From Planctomycetota bacterium (lineage in GTDB: Bacteria > Planctomycetota > B15-G4): 64,000 nucleotides of DNA. The notes beneath the pieces were generated by a model. The model was given only the letters and a program-made list of their open reading frames with translations, did no database searches and was not told the DNA's origin. Of the stretch, positions 36,116-46,769 are shown one piece after another; position 1 is the stretch's first letter, and each line of letters begins with the position of its first letter. Made by a program: the position numbers and the translations under genes. Location: NCBI GenBank assembly GCA_038212275.1, contig JBBQUR010000001.1:192001-256000 (forward strand), written 5' to 3'.

Positions 36116-39100
36116 GTGCGGGCGGCGGCCCTGTGCAGCGCGATCTGCAGGCGAAGCCCGTCTGCGCCGCGCTTGCTTGCGATTCTCGCCATCGCGCTGA
36201 TCGGTCTGGCGAGCGCCGCTCCGGCACCTGGCCCGAGGGCCGTCCGTGCGCTGCCGGCGGCCGCCCAGGTCGCGCCAGCTGGTGCTCAGCTCGTGCCAGC
36301 TGGTGCTCAGGTCGCGCAAGCTGGAGCTCAGCTCGTGCAGGCCGGTGCGCCGGTTGCGTCGGCGCCGAATCGCGCGGGAGGTGTCGGTGCGCCGGATGCC
36401 GGCTGCCGCGATTGCCACGCGGGCATCGAGGAGATGCACCCGTGGAAGGCGTTGAGCTGCGTGGATTGCCACGGCGGTGACGGCGCGGCCGTGGATGCGG
36501 CGCGCGCGCACGTCGCGCCGCGAGCCGGCTGGCCCATCGATGAGCGCGTCCTGCCGCTGGGCTTCGATCCCGCGGCACTGCGCTTCCGCAATCCGGCCGA
36601 CCTGCGGATCGTGAAGGACACCTGCGGCCAGTGCCATGCCCGCGAAGTGGATCGCGTGAGCACGAGCCTGCACGCCACGACCGCAGGCCATCTCAACGAC
36701 GGCCTCTACGAGAACGGGTTGCTGTCGAAGAAGCAGAGCAAGTACGGCGTGTTCGACAGCAACCGCGCCGGAGACGACGCGGGGCCGCACAGCCTGCAGC
36801 ATCTCGACGCGATCGAACGCCTTCGCGTCCCGTTGACGCCGGTGACGCTGGCGGATCATTTCGCGGACCTGCCGCGCAAGGCGTGCATGCAGTGCCACCT
36901 GTGGTCGTCCGGTCTGGCGGTCGAGGGGCGGCTCGGGCAGGACGGTCTTTATCGCGGGGCCGGCTGCGCCGCCTGTCACGTCGTGTACGCAGAGGACGGT
37001 CGCAGTCAGAGCGCTGACGCGCGCGCCGAGCACGCCAGCCCCGGACACCCGCTGCGGCACCAGATGACGGCTGCCCCGCCGACCTCCACCTGCACGAGCT
37101 GCCACGTCGGCGACGCGGCCATCGGCAACGGCTTCCGCGGCATGGCGCAGCTCTACCCGCAGCAGCCCGCCGGCCCGGACATCCCCGACACGACCGACCA
37201 CCTCATCGCGGGGCAGTTCTTCATCAAGGATCCCGTGCTCACGCCGCCCGACCTGCACGCCGCGGCCGGCATGGATTGCGTGGACTGCCACACGGCGCGC
37301 GATGCCATGGGCGACGGCAGCATGCCGGGCGCGATGGAGCACGCCGTCGAGATCGAGTGCAGCGATTGTCACGGCACGTTCACGTCCTACGCGACCGGCA
37401 CGACCTCGCACGGGCACAAGCTCACCAACCTGGAGCAGCGCGGCGATCTCTTCGTGCTGATGGACAAGGCCGACGGCCACACCCGCCGCGTGAAGCAGGT
37501 GAAGGACGTGCTCGATCCCGACCACCCCGACTGGAACCCGCGCGCCGCCGCCGCGATGACCTCGGAGCACGGCGGGCTCGAGTGCTACGCCTGCCACGCC
37601 GGCTGGAACACGAACTTCTTCGGCTTCCACTTCGACCGCAATCTTGGCTTCACGCAGCTGGATGCGATCACCGGGGTGCGCACGCCCGGGCGTGTCACGA
37701 CGCAGGAGCGTGTCTTCGCCTCGTTGCGGCAATTCTCGCTGGGCGTCAATCCCGAGGGCGACGTCGCACCATACGTCGTGGGCTTCTCGAGCATGGGCAC
37801 GGTGCACGGCAAGAACGGCGAACTGCTGCTCGACCAGGCGCTGCCGGCCACCGCCGCCGGTCTGTCGGGCATGACGATGGTTCACCACCAGCTGCACACC
37901 ACGCAGCCGGTGGCGCGCAGCTGCGTGGAGTGCCACCGCAGCCCGGCGACGTGGGGACTCGGGAGCGGTGACCAGTCGACGTCGTCCTTCGCGCTGTCGC
38001 GCGGACTGCTCGTCGTGGCGGGCGAGCGCGGCCTCGACACGCTGCTGCTGGACCGCGAGAACGCGCAGAACACGCTGTATCTCGCGCGCCTGCCGCTCGG
38101 AGGAGCCAGGAAGGTGGTGCTCGACAGCGACCCGATCACGGGGCGCGCGAGCACGGCCTTCGTCGTGATCGAGCACGCGGGCGTCTGCATCGTGGACCTC
38201 CGCAACCCGGCGCTGCCGGAGGTCATCGGCTTCGCGGCGGCGGGCGACGCGCGCGACTGCGCCCTGGCGGGCGACCTGCTCGTCATCGCGAACGGAAGCG
38301 GCGGACTGCGCCTCGTGGACATCTCCAACCGGCGCCTGCCGGTGCTGGTCTCGGATCTCGTGACCATGGAAGCGCGCGGGCTGGCCGTGCAGTGGCCGCG
38401 CGTGCTCGTGGCCGACGGTGCCGGCGGCCTGCTCATCGCGGACATCTCGAATCCGCGCCAGCCGACGGTGGCGGGCCAGGTGCGCCTCGCGCCGCCGGAT
38501 GCGCAGGACGACGGCGACGCGCGCGCCGTCGCGGCCAGCTTCCAGTACGGCAGGCCGCGCGGCCAGGCGCGGCGCACGCTGGCGCGCATGATCGCGGTGG
38601 TCGCGAACGGGCGCTACGGCTACTCGGTGGTGGACGTCACGGAACCCGCAGCCGCACGCTCGCTGACGGGCATCTCGACGGGCTACGCCAACGAGCTGCT
38701 GCCGGTGGACGTGACGCTCGGCATGCGCATCGACCTCGGAGACAGCAGCGGCCAGCGCCCGACGGTGGAGCGCGACGTCGCGACGCTGCTGCTCGTGGCG
38801 GCCGACGGCGAGCGCGCCGTCACGGCGCTGCTGGACGTGACCGATCCGGGGAAGCCCGTGTTTCTTTCGCGCGTGAACATCGGCAGGAACACGGGGCTGC
38901 CGCCGGCGAGTGGGCTCGCGCTGCTGCGCAGCTTCAATCCGCCCGTGCTGGTGACGCAGGTGCTCGTCGCCGGCGAGGGCGGCCTGCAATTCCAGGACGT
39001 GACGCGTCTCGACGAGGGCAGGAACGGCCCGCTGCTCCCGGGCGTGGAGGGCGCGCGCGACGTCGCGGTGGAGGCCTTCGCCTTCGACCGCATGCTGGAC

Positions 39101-40018
39101 GAAACCGGCCGGCAGCTGAAGGACATCAGTCACGACGGTGCGCGCTTCCTCACCACGGCCGAGATCCACCGCATGCTCACCGTGCCCGGCGAGCGGCTCG
39201 GCACCATCCTCGACGGTGGCAAGGTGCGCGCGGGCCTCGCCGAGGAATATGCGGACCGCGCACTGGCGGGTGGGGATGCCGCCGCGAGTCTCAACGTGCG
39301 GCGCCGCGATCGCGAGCAGGACGAGGCGATGGCGCTGCGGCTCGCCGGAGGCTTTCGCATCGCGCCCGAGGAGGACCTCGCGCGCCTCGTGCGGCACATG
39401 TCGGCACAGGACTTCGATGACAACCGGGACGGCTCCCTGTCGCGCGGCGAACTCGAGCGCCTCGTCTTCGCCGCGCTCGACGCCAACGGCAGCGGGACGC
39501 TCGATCCGCTGGAGTGGCCCCGGCATCCGGGCACCGACCCCGGGCACCTCGACAAGAACCACGATGGCGTGCTCTCGCGCTCCGAAATGGACCTCGGTCG
39601 TGACGTGACGCAGTACTTCGATCTCGATCGCGACGGCCGCGTCCAGTTTGCCGAGTGGCCCTGGGCGGTGAACGCCCGGCCGCTGCCCACGCTCTTCGCG
39701 GCCTCGGTCGCCAGCCTGCGCAAGGTGCTGGCGCGGCCCGGCTTCGACCAGCGCCGTCCGGAGCTCAACACGGTGTTCTACGGCGAACGCAGCACGCGCG
39801 AGCTGAAAGACGCGGAGCTGCAGCAGGCCATCGACCGCGCACGCGGCAATCCGCTCATCGACATCCGCGGCGACGGGGCGCCACCCGGTTTCATCGAGCG
39901 CTACGACCTGGACGGCGATGGGGCCGTGGACCTCGTCGAGTTTCCGGAGCTGCCGCGCATCGCGGACCGCTGCGACAGGAACGGCGACGGGCGCATCGAT
40001 CGGCGCGACCGGCCCTGA
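36116..40018 (+). CDS. Decaheme c-type cytochrome fused to LVIVD repeats and EF-hand repeats
   Basis: Signal peptide; ten CxxCH motifs counted; LVIVD-type repeats (GVCIVDLRNP, GLRLVDISN, GLLIADISNP); six Dx[DN]xxG loops at the C-terminus. Confidence 0.9.
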   Translation: MRAAALCSAICRRSPSAPRLLAILAIALIGLASAAPAPGPRAVRALPAAAQVAPAGAQLVPAGAQVAQAGAQLVQAGAPVASAPNRAGGVGAPDAGCRDCHAGIEEMHPWKALSCVDCHGGDGAAVDAARAHVAPRAGWPIDERVLPLGFDPAALRFRNPADLRIVKDTCGQCHAREVDRVSTSLHATTAGHLNDGLYENGLLSKKQSKYGVFDSNRAGDDAGPHSLQHLDAIERLRVPLTPVTLADHFADLPRKACMQCHLWSSGLAVEGRLGQDGLYRGAGCAACHVVYAEDGRSQSADARAEHASPGHPLRHQMTAAPPTSTCTSCHVGDAAIGNGFRGMAQLYPQQPAGPDIPDTTDHLIAGQFFIKDPVLTPPDLHAAAGMDCVDCHTARDAMGDGSMPGAMEHAVEIECSDCHGTFTSYATGTTSHGHKLTNLEQRGDLFVLMDKADGHTRRVKQVKDVLDPDHPDWNPRAAAAMTSEHGGLECYACHAGWNTNFFGFHFDRNLGFTQLDAITGVRTPGRVTTQERVFASLRQFSLGVNPEGDVAPYVVGFSSMGTVHGKNGELLLDQALPATAAGLSGMTMVHHQLHTTQPVARSCVECHRSPATWGLGSGDQSTSSFALSRGLLVVAGERGLDTLLLDRENAQNTLYLARLPLGGARKVVLDSDPITGRASTAFVVIEHAGVCIVDLRNPALPEVIGFAAAGDARDCALAGDLLVIANGSGGLRLVDISNRRLPVLVSDLVTMEARGLAVQWPRVLVADGAGGLLIADISNPRQPTVAGQVRLAPPDAQDDGDARAVAASFQYGRPRGQARRTLARMIAVVANGRYGYSVVDVTEPAAARSLTGISTGYANELLPVDVTLGMRIDLGDSSGQRPTVERDVATLLLVAADGERAVTALLDVTDPGKPVFLSRVNIGRNTGLPPASGLALLRSFNPPVLVTQVLVAGEGGLQFQDVTRLDEGRNGPLLPGVEGARDVAVEAFAFDRMLDETGRQLKDISHDGARFLTTAEIHRMLTVPGERLGTILDGGKVRAGLAEEYADRALAGGDAAASLNVRRRDREQDEAMALRLAGGFRIAPEEDLARLVRHMSAQDFDDNRDGSLSRGELERLVFAALDANGSGTLDPLEWPRHPGTDPGHLDKNHDGVLSRSEMDLGRDVTQYFDLDRDGRVQFAEWPWAVNARPLPTLFAASVASLRKVLARPGFDQRRPELNTVFYGERSTRELKDAELQQAIDRARGNPLIDIRGDGAPPGFIERYDLDGDGAVDLVEFPELPRIADRCDRNGDGRIDRRDRP
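36263..36346 (+). repeat. 4 x 21-bp in-frame tandem repeat (AQ[VL][AV][PQ]AG)
   Basis: Units at 36263, 36284, 36305 and 36326. Confidence 0.9.
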
Positions 40019-40267
40019 ACTCCGGGCATTGACCGCACGTGCCGGCGGCCGAGGTCCGCCTGCACGTCAGCTGCGATCCACCTGCAGCACGTGACCCCGG
40101 TCGCCGGCTCGGCGGACGCGCTGCGTGCTGCCATGTGGTTGCACGACCGTCGCGACCGTGGCGGCAGCGCGCAAGGGCTGCGTGCTGCACACTCTGGGAA
40201 GGGCGGATGGACGGGGTGGTTCGTGCGGCTCCGAAGCGGCCCGTCGGTACCGGGAAGGGTGAAGACT

Positions 40268-40813
40268 GTGATTCAACGCACGCTCGATCGCGCGCCGAGG
40301 CACCGGACGTGGGGCACGGCGCTGCTGCTGCTCCAGGTGGCGCTGTTCGCACTGACCGGTTGCGACGAACACGCACCCGACCTGATCGCCACCTTGAAGG
40401 GGCGCTGCGAAGGGCGCTGGGTCGTGGTGGACGCCGATCGCGCGCGCCTCCCGCTCTGCGATGTGCCGCGAGACCGGTTGGCCATCGAGCTCGCGTCGCG
40501 CGCGCCGCTGGGCGACACGCTCGTGCCCGGCGAGACCTATGCGATCGGCACGCTCGCCTGGGGTGATCGCGCGAGCGCCTTCGCGCTGGACTACCCGCTG
40601 GGCTCGCGAGACCTGTGCTGCGCCTATGCCCGCTACGTGAGCCGCGAGGTGGCTCCGTTCGGTCGTCTCGACGGCGCCGGCTTCAACCTGCTGCTGCTCA
40701 CCGCCGGAGGCCGCGACGACGACCTGCTGTGCGTGGACTTCCAGCGCACGGCTCCCGTCTCCGGCGGCTTGGAGCACATGCTGCGCTTCGAGCGCGATCC
40801 GGCCGGCGACTGA
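40268..40813 (+). CDS. Hypothetical lipoprotein (start uncertain)
   Basis: Hydrophobic stretch ending LTGC lipobox; several Cys. Confidence 0.6.
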   Translation: MIQRTLDRAPRHRTWGTALLLLQVALFALTGCDEHAPDLIATLKGRCEGRWVVVDADRARLPLCDVPRDRLAIELASRAPLGDTLVPGETYAIGTLAWGDRASAFALDYPLGSRDLCCAYARYVSREVAPFGRLDGAGFNLLLLTAGGRDDDLLCVDFQRTAPVSGGLEHMLRFERDPAGD

Positions 40814-41140
40814 ACGCCGGCGCTTGGCGATGCCATCACGGTCCTGCATCGTGTCGCGGCTGAGGCAGGCGGCGGAGTTTCGGAGGACATCGTGAGCCCC
40901 GAGGCTGTTGGCGCCGTGGAGTCCGCGCTCGGCCCGGATGGCCGCAAGTCGTTCCCCGAGTTCTTCGGCTGCTCGCCGCGCGAGGTCTCTCGGAAGCCGG
41001 GACGGCCCTCATGGGTCCGTCCCTCCGAGGCCAGGACACGCTGGACATCTCGTCGCGAGTTGCCGAGCAGGGATCGCACTCTGATCGTCGACGTCATGGA
41101 TGGCGGCGTGATCGCCTGCTACCCGAACTTCCATTGCTGA
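40814..41140 (+). pseudogene. 5'-truncated paralogue of 6268-6864
   Basis: VSPE...FFGCSPREVSRKPGRPSWV...W...VMDGGV aligns by eye to VSPD...IFGCSPRGVFAKLGRPSWV...W...FMDGYV; lacks the N-terminal anchor. Confidence 0.65.
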
Positions 41141-41307
41141 AGCTCACCTGCTGAAGCTCACCGGGCGCTCCCCTGCGACCCTCTCGCGCATGGATGTACG
41201 GGGCGGATCTCGGGTATAAAGGCCGGTCGCATCCCGGGTCGGAAAGTCGGCAGTCCGCGATCGTCCCGGCCGGGTCTGCACCCTCTCCCGCCTGACCCGG
41301 AGTCCGC

Positions 41308-42372
41308 TTGTCCGCCACGCCCTCCCATGCCGACGCAGACCGCAGCGGCGGGAGCACCGCAGGCATCGGCGGCATCGGCGGTAGCAGCGGTAGCAGCGGT
41401 AGCAGCGGTAGCAGCGGCGGCCCGGCCCTCGCCGAGCTGCGCGCGGGCGGGGTGACGGGGCCGAAGCCCGACTGGCTCAAGATCAGGCCGCCCGGCGGCG
41501 AGCGCTACACGCGCCTCAAGGGCCAGCTCCGCGAGCGCGGCCTGCACACCGTCTGCGAGGAAGCGCGCTGCCCCAACGTGGAGGAATGCTGGGGCGGCGG
41601 CACGGCGACGCTCATGCTCATGGGCGACACTTGCACGCGCGGCTGCTCCTTCTGTGCGGTGAAGACCGCGCGAGCGCCCGCGCCGCTGGACGCCGACGAG
41701 CCGGCCAAGTCCGCACAGAGCGTCGCGCTCATGGAGCTGGACTACGTCGTGCTCACCTCGGTGGACCGCGACGACCTGCCCGACGGCGGCGCTGCGCACT
41801 TCGCGGCCTCCGTGCGCGCCATTCGCGAGCGCAATCCGGCCACGCTCATCGAGGTGCTCATCCCGGACTTCCAGGGCGACGAGCGCGCGCTGGCGACGCT
41901 GGTCGCGTCGCGGCCCGATGTCGTCGCGCAGAACCTGGAGACGGTCGAGCGCCTCACGCACCCGGTGCGCGACCCGCGCGCCGGCTACCGCCAGACGCTC
42001 GAGCTGCTGGCCCGCGTGAAGCGCCTCGCTGCCAGCATGCAGACCGCCGACGCCGCACGCCACGCGCCGATGCTCACCAAGAGCAGCCTCATGCTGGGCC
42101 TCGGCGAGCGCGACGACGAGGTGCGCGCCGCCATGGCCGACCTGCGAGCCTCGGGCGTGGACTTCCTCACCTTCGGCCAGTACCTGCGGCCGACGCCGCG
42201 ACATCTCCCCGTGCAGCGCTACGTGCCGCCCGAGGAGTTTTCGCGCTGGCAGGCCGAGGGCGAAGCGATGGGCTTCCGCTACGTCGCGAGCGGTCCGCTC
42301 GTGCGCAGCAGCTACCGCGCCGGAGAGTTCGCGATCCGCGCAGTGTTCGAACAGCAACGGAGAACCGGATGA
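41308..42372 (+). CDS. lipA: Lipoyl synthase
   Basis: [56 protein letters not shown]. Confidence 0.97.
   Translation: MSATPSHADADRSGGSTAGIGGIGGSSGSSGSSGSSGGPALAELRAGGVTGPKPDWLKIRPPGGERYTRLKGQLRERGLHTVCEEARCPNVEECWGGGTATLMLMGDTCTRGCSFCAVKTARAPAPLDADEPAKSAQSVALMELDYVVLTSVDRDDLPDGGAAHFAASVRAIRERNPATLIEVLIPDFQGDERALATLVASRPDVVAQNLETVERLTHPVRDPRAGYRQTLELLARVKRLAASMQTADAARHAPMLTKSSLMLGLGERDDEVRAAMADLRASGVDFLTFGQYLRPTPRHLPVQRYVPPEEFSRWQAEGEAMGFRYVASGPLVRSSYRAGEFAIRAVFEQQRRTG
41362..41415 (+). repeat. 9-bp in-frame repeats in the lipA N-terminal extension
   Basis: GGCATCGGC x2 then GGTAGCAGC x4 ([18 protein letters not shown]). Confidence 0.9.
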
Positions 42373-43481
42373 GCACCACCGACATGTTGCAGATCCTCAC
42401 CGAGAGCGGCCGCGCCGCGCCGGGCACGGACGCCGGCCTGAGCCGGATCCAGCTCCTCGACCTTTACGAGCACATGCTGCGCACGCGCCTCATGGACGAG
42501 CGCATGCTCAACCTGCAGCGCCAGGGCCGCATCGGTTTCTATGTGCCGAGCACCGGCGAGGAGGCCTGCCAGATCGGCGCCGGCTCCGCGATCGGCAAGC
42601 GCGACTGGATCTTCCCCAGCTATCGCATGCCCGGCACGCTCATGATGTGCGGCGCCCGCATCACCGACATGGTGGCCAACTGCTTCGGCAACGAGGCGGA
42701 CCTGTGCAAGGGGCGCCAGATGCCGGTGCACTACGCGATGGCGGAGGCGCACATCGTGTCCATCTCGAGCCCGATCGGCACGCACCTCGTGCAGGCGACG
42801 GGCACCGCGATGGCGCAGAAGCTGAAGCACGACAAGGGCATCTCGTGGGCCTTCTTCGGCGACGGCGGCACCAGCAGCAACGACTTCCACTCGGGCCTGA
42901 ACTTCGCGGGCGTCGCGAAGGCGCCGGTGGTCTTCGTCTGCACCAACAACCAGTGGGCCATCTCGGTGCCGCTCTCCAAGCAGACGGCCAGCGAGACCAT
43001 CGCGTGCAAGGCCGAGGCCTACGGCATGCCCGGCGTACGCGTGGACGGCAACGACGTGCTGGCCGTGCAGCAGGCCTGCCAGCAGGCCGCCGAGCGCGCG
43101 CGGCGCGGCGACGGCCCGACGCTGCTCGAGCTGATGACCTACCGCCGCGGCCCGCACAGCTCCAGCGACGACCCGACGCGCTACCGCGGCAACGAGGCCG
43201 ACGACTGGATCAAGCGCGACCCGATCGTGCGCTATCGCAAATACCTCGAGCTGGCCGACCTGTGGAGCGACGCACAGGAGAAGGACCTGACCGAGCGCCT
43301 GAAGACGCAGATCAACGAGGCCGTCTCCACTGCGGAGAAGGCGCCGCAGCCCGCGCTCGACTCGCTGTTCTCCGATGTCTATGCCAAGGTGCCCGCGCAC
43401 CTGCGAGAGCAGTACGAAGACCTCATCCGCACCGAGGGCACCGGCCACGAGGCCGACCCCGACGCGGCCTTCCCGCTCTGA
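42369..43481 (+). CDS. 2-oxoacid dehydrogenase E1 alpha, copy 1 (pyruvate/branched-chain type)
   Basis: [25 protein letters not shown]...NNQWAIS TPP motif, [16 protein letters not shown]. Confidence 0.95.
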   Translation: MSTTDMLQILTESGRAAPGTDAGLSRIQLLDLYEHMLRTRLMDERMLNLQRQGRIGFYVPSTGEEACQIGAGSAIGKRDWIFPSYRMPGTLMMCGARITDMVANCFGNEADLCKGRQMPVHYAMAEAHIVSISSPIGTHLVQATGTAMAQKLKHDKGISWAFFGDGGTSSNDFHSGLNFAGVAKAPVVFVCTNNQWAISVPLSKQTASETIACKAEAYGMPGVRVDGNDVLAVQQACQQAAERARRGDGPTLLELMTYRRGPHSSSDDPTRYRGNEADDWIKRDPIVRYRKYLELADLWSDAQEKDLTERLKTQINEAVSTAEKAPQPALDSLFSDVYAKVPAHLREQYEDLIRTEGTGHEADPDAAFPL

Positions 43482-43614
43482 CGACTCACCGCAACGCGCA
43501 TCGCCCACCGACGCACGAACCAGCAGACACGCACGCTCACCAACTCGCACGACGGAAGCGCAACCTGCCGCTCCGCCGCCACCCCACGAACGACTGCAAC
43601 GAAACGAGAGATCG

Positions 43615-44589
43615 ATGGCTGAAATGACCCTGGTCCAGGCCGTGAACGAAGCCCTGCGCGCCGAGATGCGCGCCAACGACGACGTCGTCATCCTCGGCGA
43701 GGACGTCGGCATCAACGGCGGCGTGTTTCGCTGCACCGCCGACCTCGCGAAGGAGTTCGGCGAGGAGCGCGTGATCGACACGCCGTTGTCCGAGTCGGGC
43801 ATCATCGGCGCCGCCATCGGCATGGCGCTGTACGGCCTGCGGCCCGTGCCGGAGATCCAGTTCAGCGACTTCATCTGGCCGGCCTTCGACCAGATCACCT
43901 CCGAGCTGGCCAAGATGCGCTACCGCAGCGGCGGCCAGTTCACGTGCCCGCTCGTGATCCGCACGCCGTATGGCGGCGGCATCCGCGGCGGCCACTACCA
44001 CAGCCAGAGCCCCGAGGCCTACTTCACGCAGACGCCTGGCCTCGTCGTCGTGACGCCCAGCGACCCGTACGACGCCAAGGGCCTGCTGCGCGCGGCGATC
44101 CAGTGCGATGACCCGGTCATCTTCCTGGAGCCCAAGCGCATCTACCGCGCGCCCAAGATGGACGTGCCGGACGGCGACTACATCGTGGAGATCGGCAAGG
44201 CCGCGGTGCGCCGCGAGGGCAGCGACTTCACCATCACCTGCTACGGCGCGATGGTGGGTGTGGCCCTGGAGGCCTGCAGGAAGGCGGCCGAGCGCGGCTG
44301 GGAGGGCGAGGTGCTCGACCTGCGCACGCTGCTGCCACTGGACGAACCGGCGCTCATCGAGAGCGTCACCAAGACGGGCCGCCTCGTCACGCTGCAGGAG
44401 GCGCCGAAGTTCTGCGGCTTCTCCAGCGAACTCTCCGCGATCGTCGCCGAGAAGTGCATCGACGTGCTCGAGGCGCCGGTGAAGCGCGTCGCGGGTTTCG
44501 ACACGCCGTTCCCGTACACGCTCGAGCACGTGTACATGCCGCATGCCGACCGCGTGATGCACGCGATCGAAGCGGTGATGACCTACTGA
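43615..44589 (+). CDS. 2-oxoacid dehydrogenase E1 beta
   Basis: GEDVGINGGVFR, DTPLSESGIIG, EIQFSDF, YHSQSPEA, DPVIFLEPKRIY, DLRTLLP. Confidence 0.97.
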   Translation: MAEMTLVQAVNEALRAEMRANDDVVILGEDVGINGGVFRCTADLAKEFGEERVIDTPLSESGIIGAAIGMALYGLRPVPEIQFSDFIWPAFDQITSELAKMRYRSGGQFTCPLVIRTPYGGGIRGGHYHSQSPEAYFTQTPGLVVVTPSDPYDAKGLLRAAIQCDDPVIFLEPKRIYRAPKMDVPDGDYIVEIGKAAVRREGSDFTITCYGAMVGVALEACRKAAERGWEGEVLDLRTLLPLDEPALIESVTKTGRLVTLQEAPKFCGFSSELSAIVAEKCIDVLEAPVKRVAGFDTPFPYTLEHVYMPHADRVMHAIEAVMTY

Positions 44590-44680
44590 AACCTTGCACG
44601 CGCCCGACGTCGTGGCGCACCAGGCAATCCACTTCACAGCATGAGATGCGGCACCGGAGGCCGCGCGGGAGTTTCAAGAC

Positions 44681-46765
44681 ATGGGCAAGCGGGTCGAGTT
44701 CAAGTTGCCGGACATCGGCGAAGGCGTCGCCGAGGGCGAAGTCACCAGCTGGAAGGTCAAGGCCGGCGACGTTTTGAAGGAAGACCAGGTCATGGTCGAG
44801 GTCATGACCGACAAGGCGACCGTCGAGATCGGCTCGCCCGTGAACGGCACCGTGCTCGAGATCCGTGTGGCCGAGGGCCAGGCGGTGCCGGTGGGCGCGA
44901 TCATCATCGTGCTCGAGGAAGGCGCCACCGCGGCGGCTGCTCCTGCTGCGGCGCCGAAGCCGGCCGCTGCGCAGGCCGCACCGACCTCCGCGAAGCCCGC
45001 GGCACCGCAGGCTCCGCCGTCCGCCCCGAAGCCTGCGATGTCGCAGGCCGCAGCGCACCCGGTCGCGCCGCCCGCAGCGTCCACGCCCGCCGCCTCGCGA
45101 CCCGCGCCCGCCGCGGCGTCGTCGACCGCGAGGCCTGCTCCGTCGCCCGCAGCACCGGCCGTGACGAAGTCCGCCGCGGGCGGCGCGCGCGAGGAGATCA
45201 ACTTCGCGCTGCCCGACATCGGCGAGGGTGTCGCGGAGGGCGAGGTCACACGCTGGATGGTGAAGCCCGGCGACAAGGTGCAGGAAGATCAGCCCATCGT
45301 CGAGGTGATGACCGACAAGGCCACCGTCGAGATCGGCTCGCCCGTGGACGGCGAGGTCCTGCAACTGCTGGTGAAGGCGGGCGAGACCGTGCCGGTGGGA
45401 GCGATCCTGCTCGTGCTCGGCGCAGCTCCCGGCGTCGGCAAGCACGTCCCCGTGCCGCATGGCGGACACGCCGCCGCCGCGAAGGCCGCGCCTGCCGCGC
45501 CGGCTGCGCCTGCCGCGCCTGCCGCGCAGCTGAACTTCGAGGACGAGTCCGCGGGTGAGGACTCCGCCGAACTGGTCGGCGCCGGCGTTGCGGCGTCTCC
45601 CGTTGCGCTGTCCGACAGCGGCCTGCCCGACCGGGGCGACGGCAGCCGCCGCGTCCGCGCCGCGCCGGCCACGCGCCGGTTCGCCCGCGAGGCGGGGCTC
45701 GATGTCGCGTCACTGAACGGCAGCGGGCCCGACGGCCGCGTCCTGATGGGCGACGTGCGCGCGGCTCTCGCCGGCGCCGCTCGTCCGGCGACGACGCGGG
45801 CTCCGGGCGCGGCGCAGCCCGCACCGCGCACGGCCGCACAGCCTGCGGCACGCACCACGGCGCCTTCGGCTGCGGCACCTGCGGCTGCGTCACCGGCGGC
45901 TGCGGCGCGCACGGCTCCGAGCCAGGCAGCTCCGTCGCGTGCGGCCGCGCCGGCCTCCGCACCCGCCTCCGCGCCGGCCGCGTCGCCGGCCCGCGCGCCG
46001 GCTGCCGCTGCGCCAGTCGCCGCCGCGGCCTCCGTGGCTGCGCCGCGGCCGCATGTGCTCGCAGGCGACGAGCGCGTCCCGCTGCGAGGCCTGCGCAAGC
46101 GCATCGCTGCGCAGATGCGGCTGTCCAAGCAGACCGCGGCGCACTTCACCTACGTCGAGGAAATCGACGTCACGGAGCTGGTGAAGCTGCGGGGGGCGGC
46201 CAAGGCGCGCGCGGCGGCGGCCGGCGTGAAGCTCACCTACATGCCGTTCATCATCAAGGCGACCTGCGTCGCGCTGCGCGAATTCCCGCTGCTCAATGCC
46301 TCGCTCGACGAGGCCGCGGGCGAGCTGGTCATGCACCACAACCACAACCTCGGCATCGCGGTGGACACGCCCAACGGCCTCATCGTGCCGGTCGTGCGCA
46401 ACGCGGACCGCAAGTCCATGACGGACCTCGCGCGCGAGATGACCGAGCTGGCCGATCGCGCGCGCGCCGGCAAGACGAAGCCGGACGACATCGGCGGCGG
46501 AACCTTCACGATCACGAACGCCGGCAACATCGGCGGCCTGCTCGCGACGCCGATCATCAACGTGCCCGAGGTCGCGATCATGGGCGTGCACGCCATCCGC
46601 CGTCGCCCGTGGGTGGTGGCCGAGGAGATCGTGATCCGCGACGTCATGCTGCTTTCGCTGTCGCTCGATCACCGCGTCGTGGACGGCGCCGTCGGCGCGT
46701 ACTTCATGAACCGCGTGAAGGAGCTGCTCGAGAATCCAGGCCTCATGCTGTTCGAGCCGGCGTGA
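44681..46765 (+). CDS. Dihydrolipoamide acyltransferase E2 with two lipoyl domains
   Basis: Two LPDIGEGVAEGEV...VMTDKATVEI domains, Ala/Pro linkers, PSBD (AAPATRRFARE...GSGPDGRV), DHRVVDG active site. Confidence 0.97.
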   Translation: MGKRVEFKLPDIGEGVAEGEVTSWKVKAGDVLKEDQVMVEVMTDKATVEIGSPVNGTVLEIRVAEGQAVPVGAIIIVLEEGATAAAAPAAAPKPAAAQAAPTSAKPAAPQAPPSAPKPAMSQAAAHPVAPPAASTPAASRPAPAAASSTARPAPSPAAPAVTKSAAGGAREEINFALPDIGEGVAEGEVTRWMVKPGDKVQEDQPIVEVMTDKATVEIGSPVDGEVLQLLVKAGETVPVGAILLVLGAAPGVGKHVPVPHGGHAAAAKAAPAAPAAPAAPAAQLNFEDESAGEDSAELVGAGVAASPVALSDSGLPDRGDGSRRVRAAPATRRFAREAGLDVASLNGSGPDGRVLMGDVRAALAGAARPATTRAPGAAQPAPRTAAQPAARTTAPSAAAPAAASPAAAARTAPSQAAPSRAAAPASAPASAPAASPARAPAAAAPVAAAASVAAPRPHVLAGDERVPLRGLRKRIAAQMRLSKQTAAHFTYVEEIDVTELVKLRGAAKARAAAAGVKLTYMPFIIKATCVALREFPLLNASLDEAAGELVMHHNHNLGIAVDTPNGLIVPVVRNADRKSMTDLAREMTELADRARAGKTKPDDIGGGTFTITNAGNIGGLLATPIINVPEVAIMGVHAIRRRPWVVAEEIVIRDVMLLSLSLDHRVVDGAVGAYFMNRVKELLENPGLMLFEPA

Positions 46766-46769
46766 CGTC

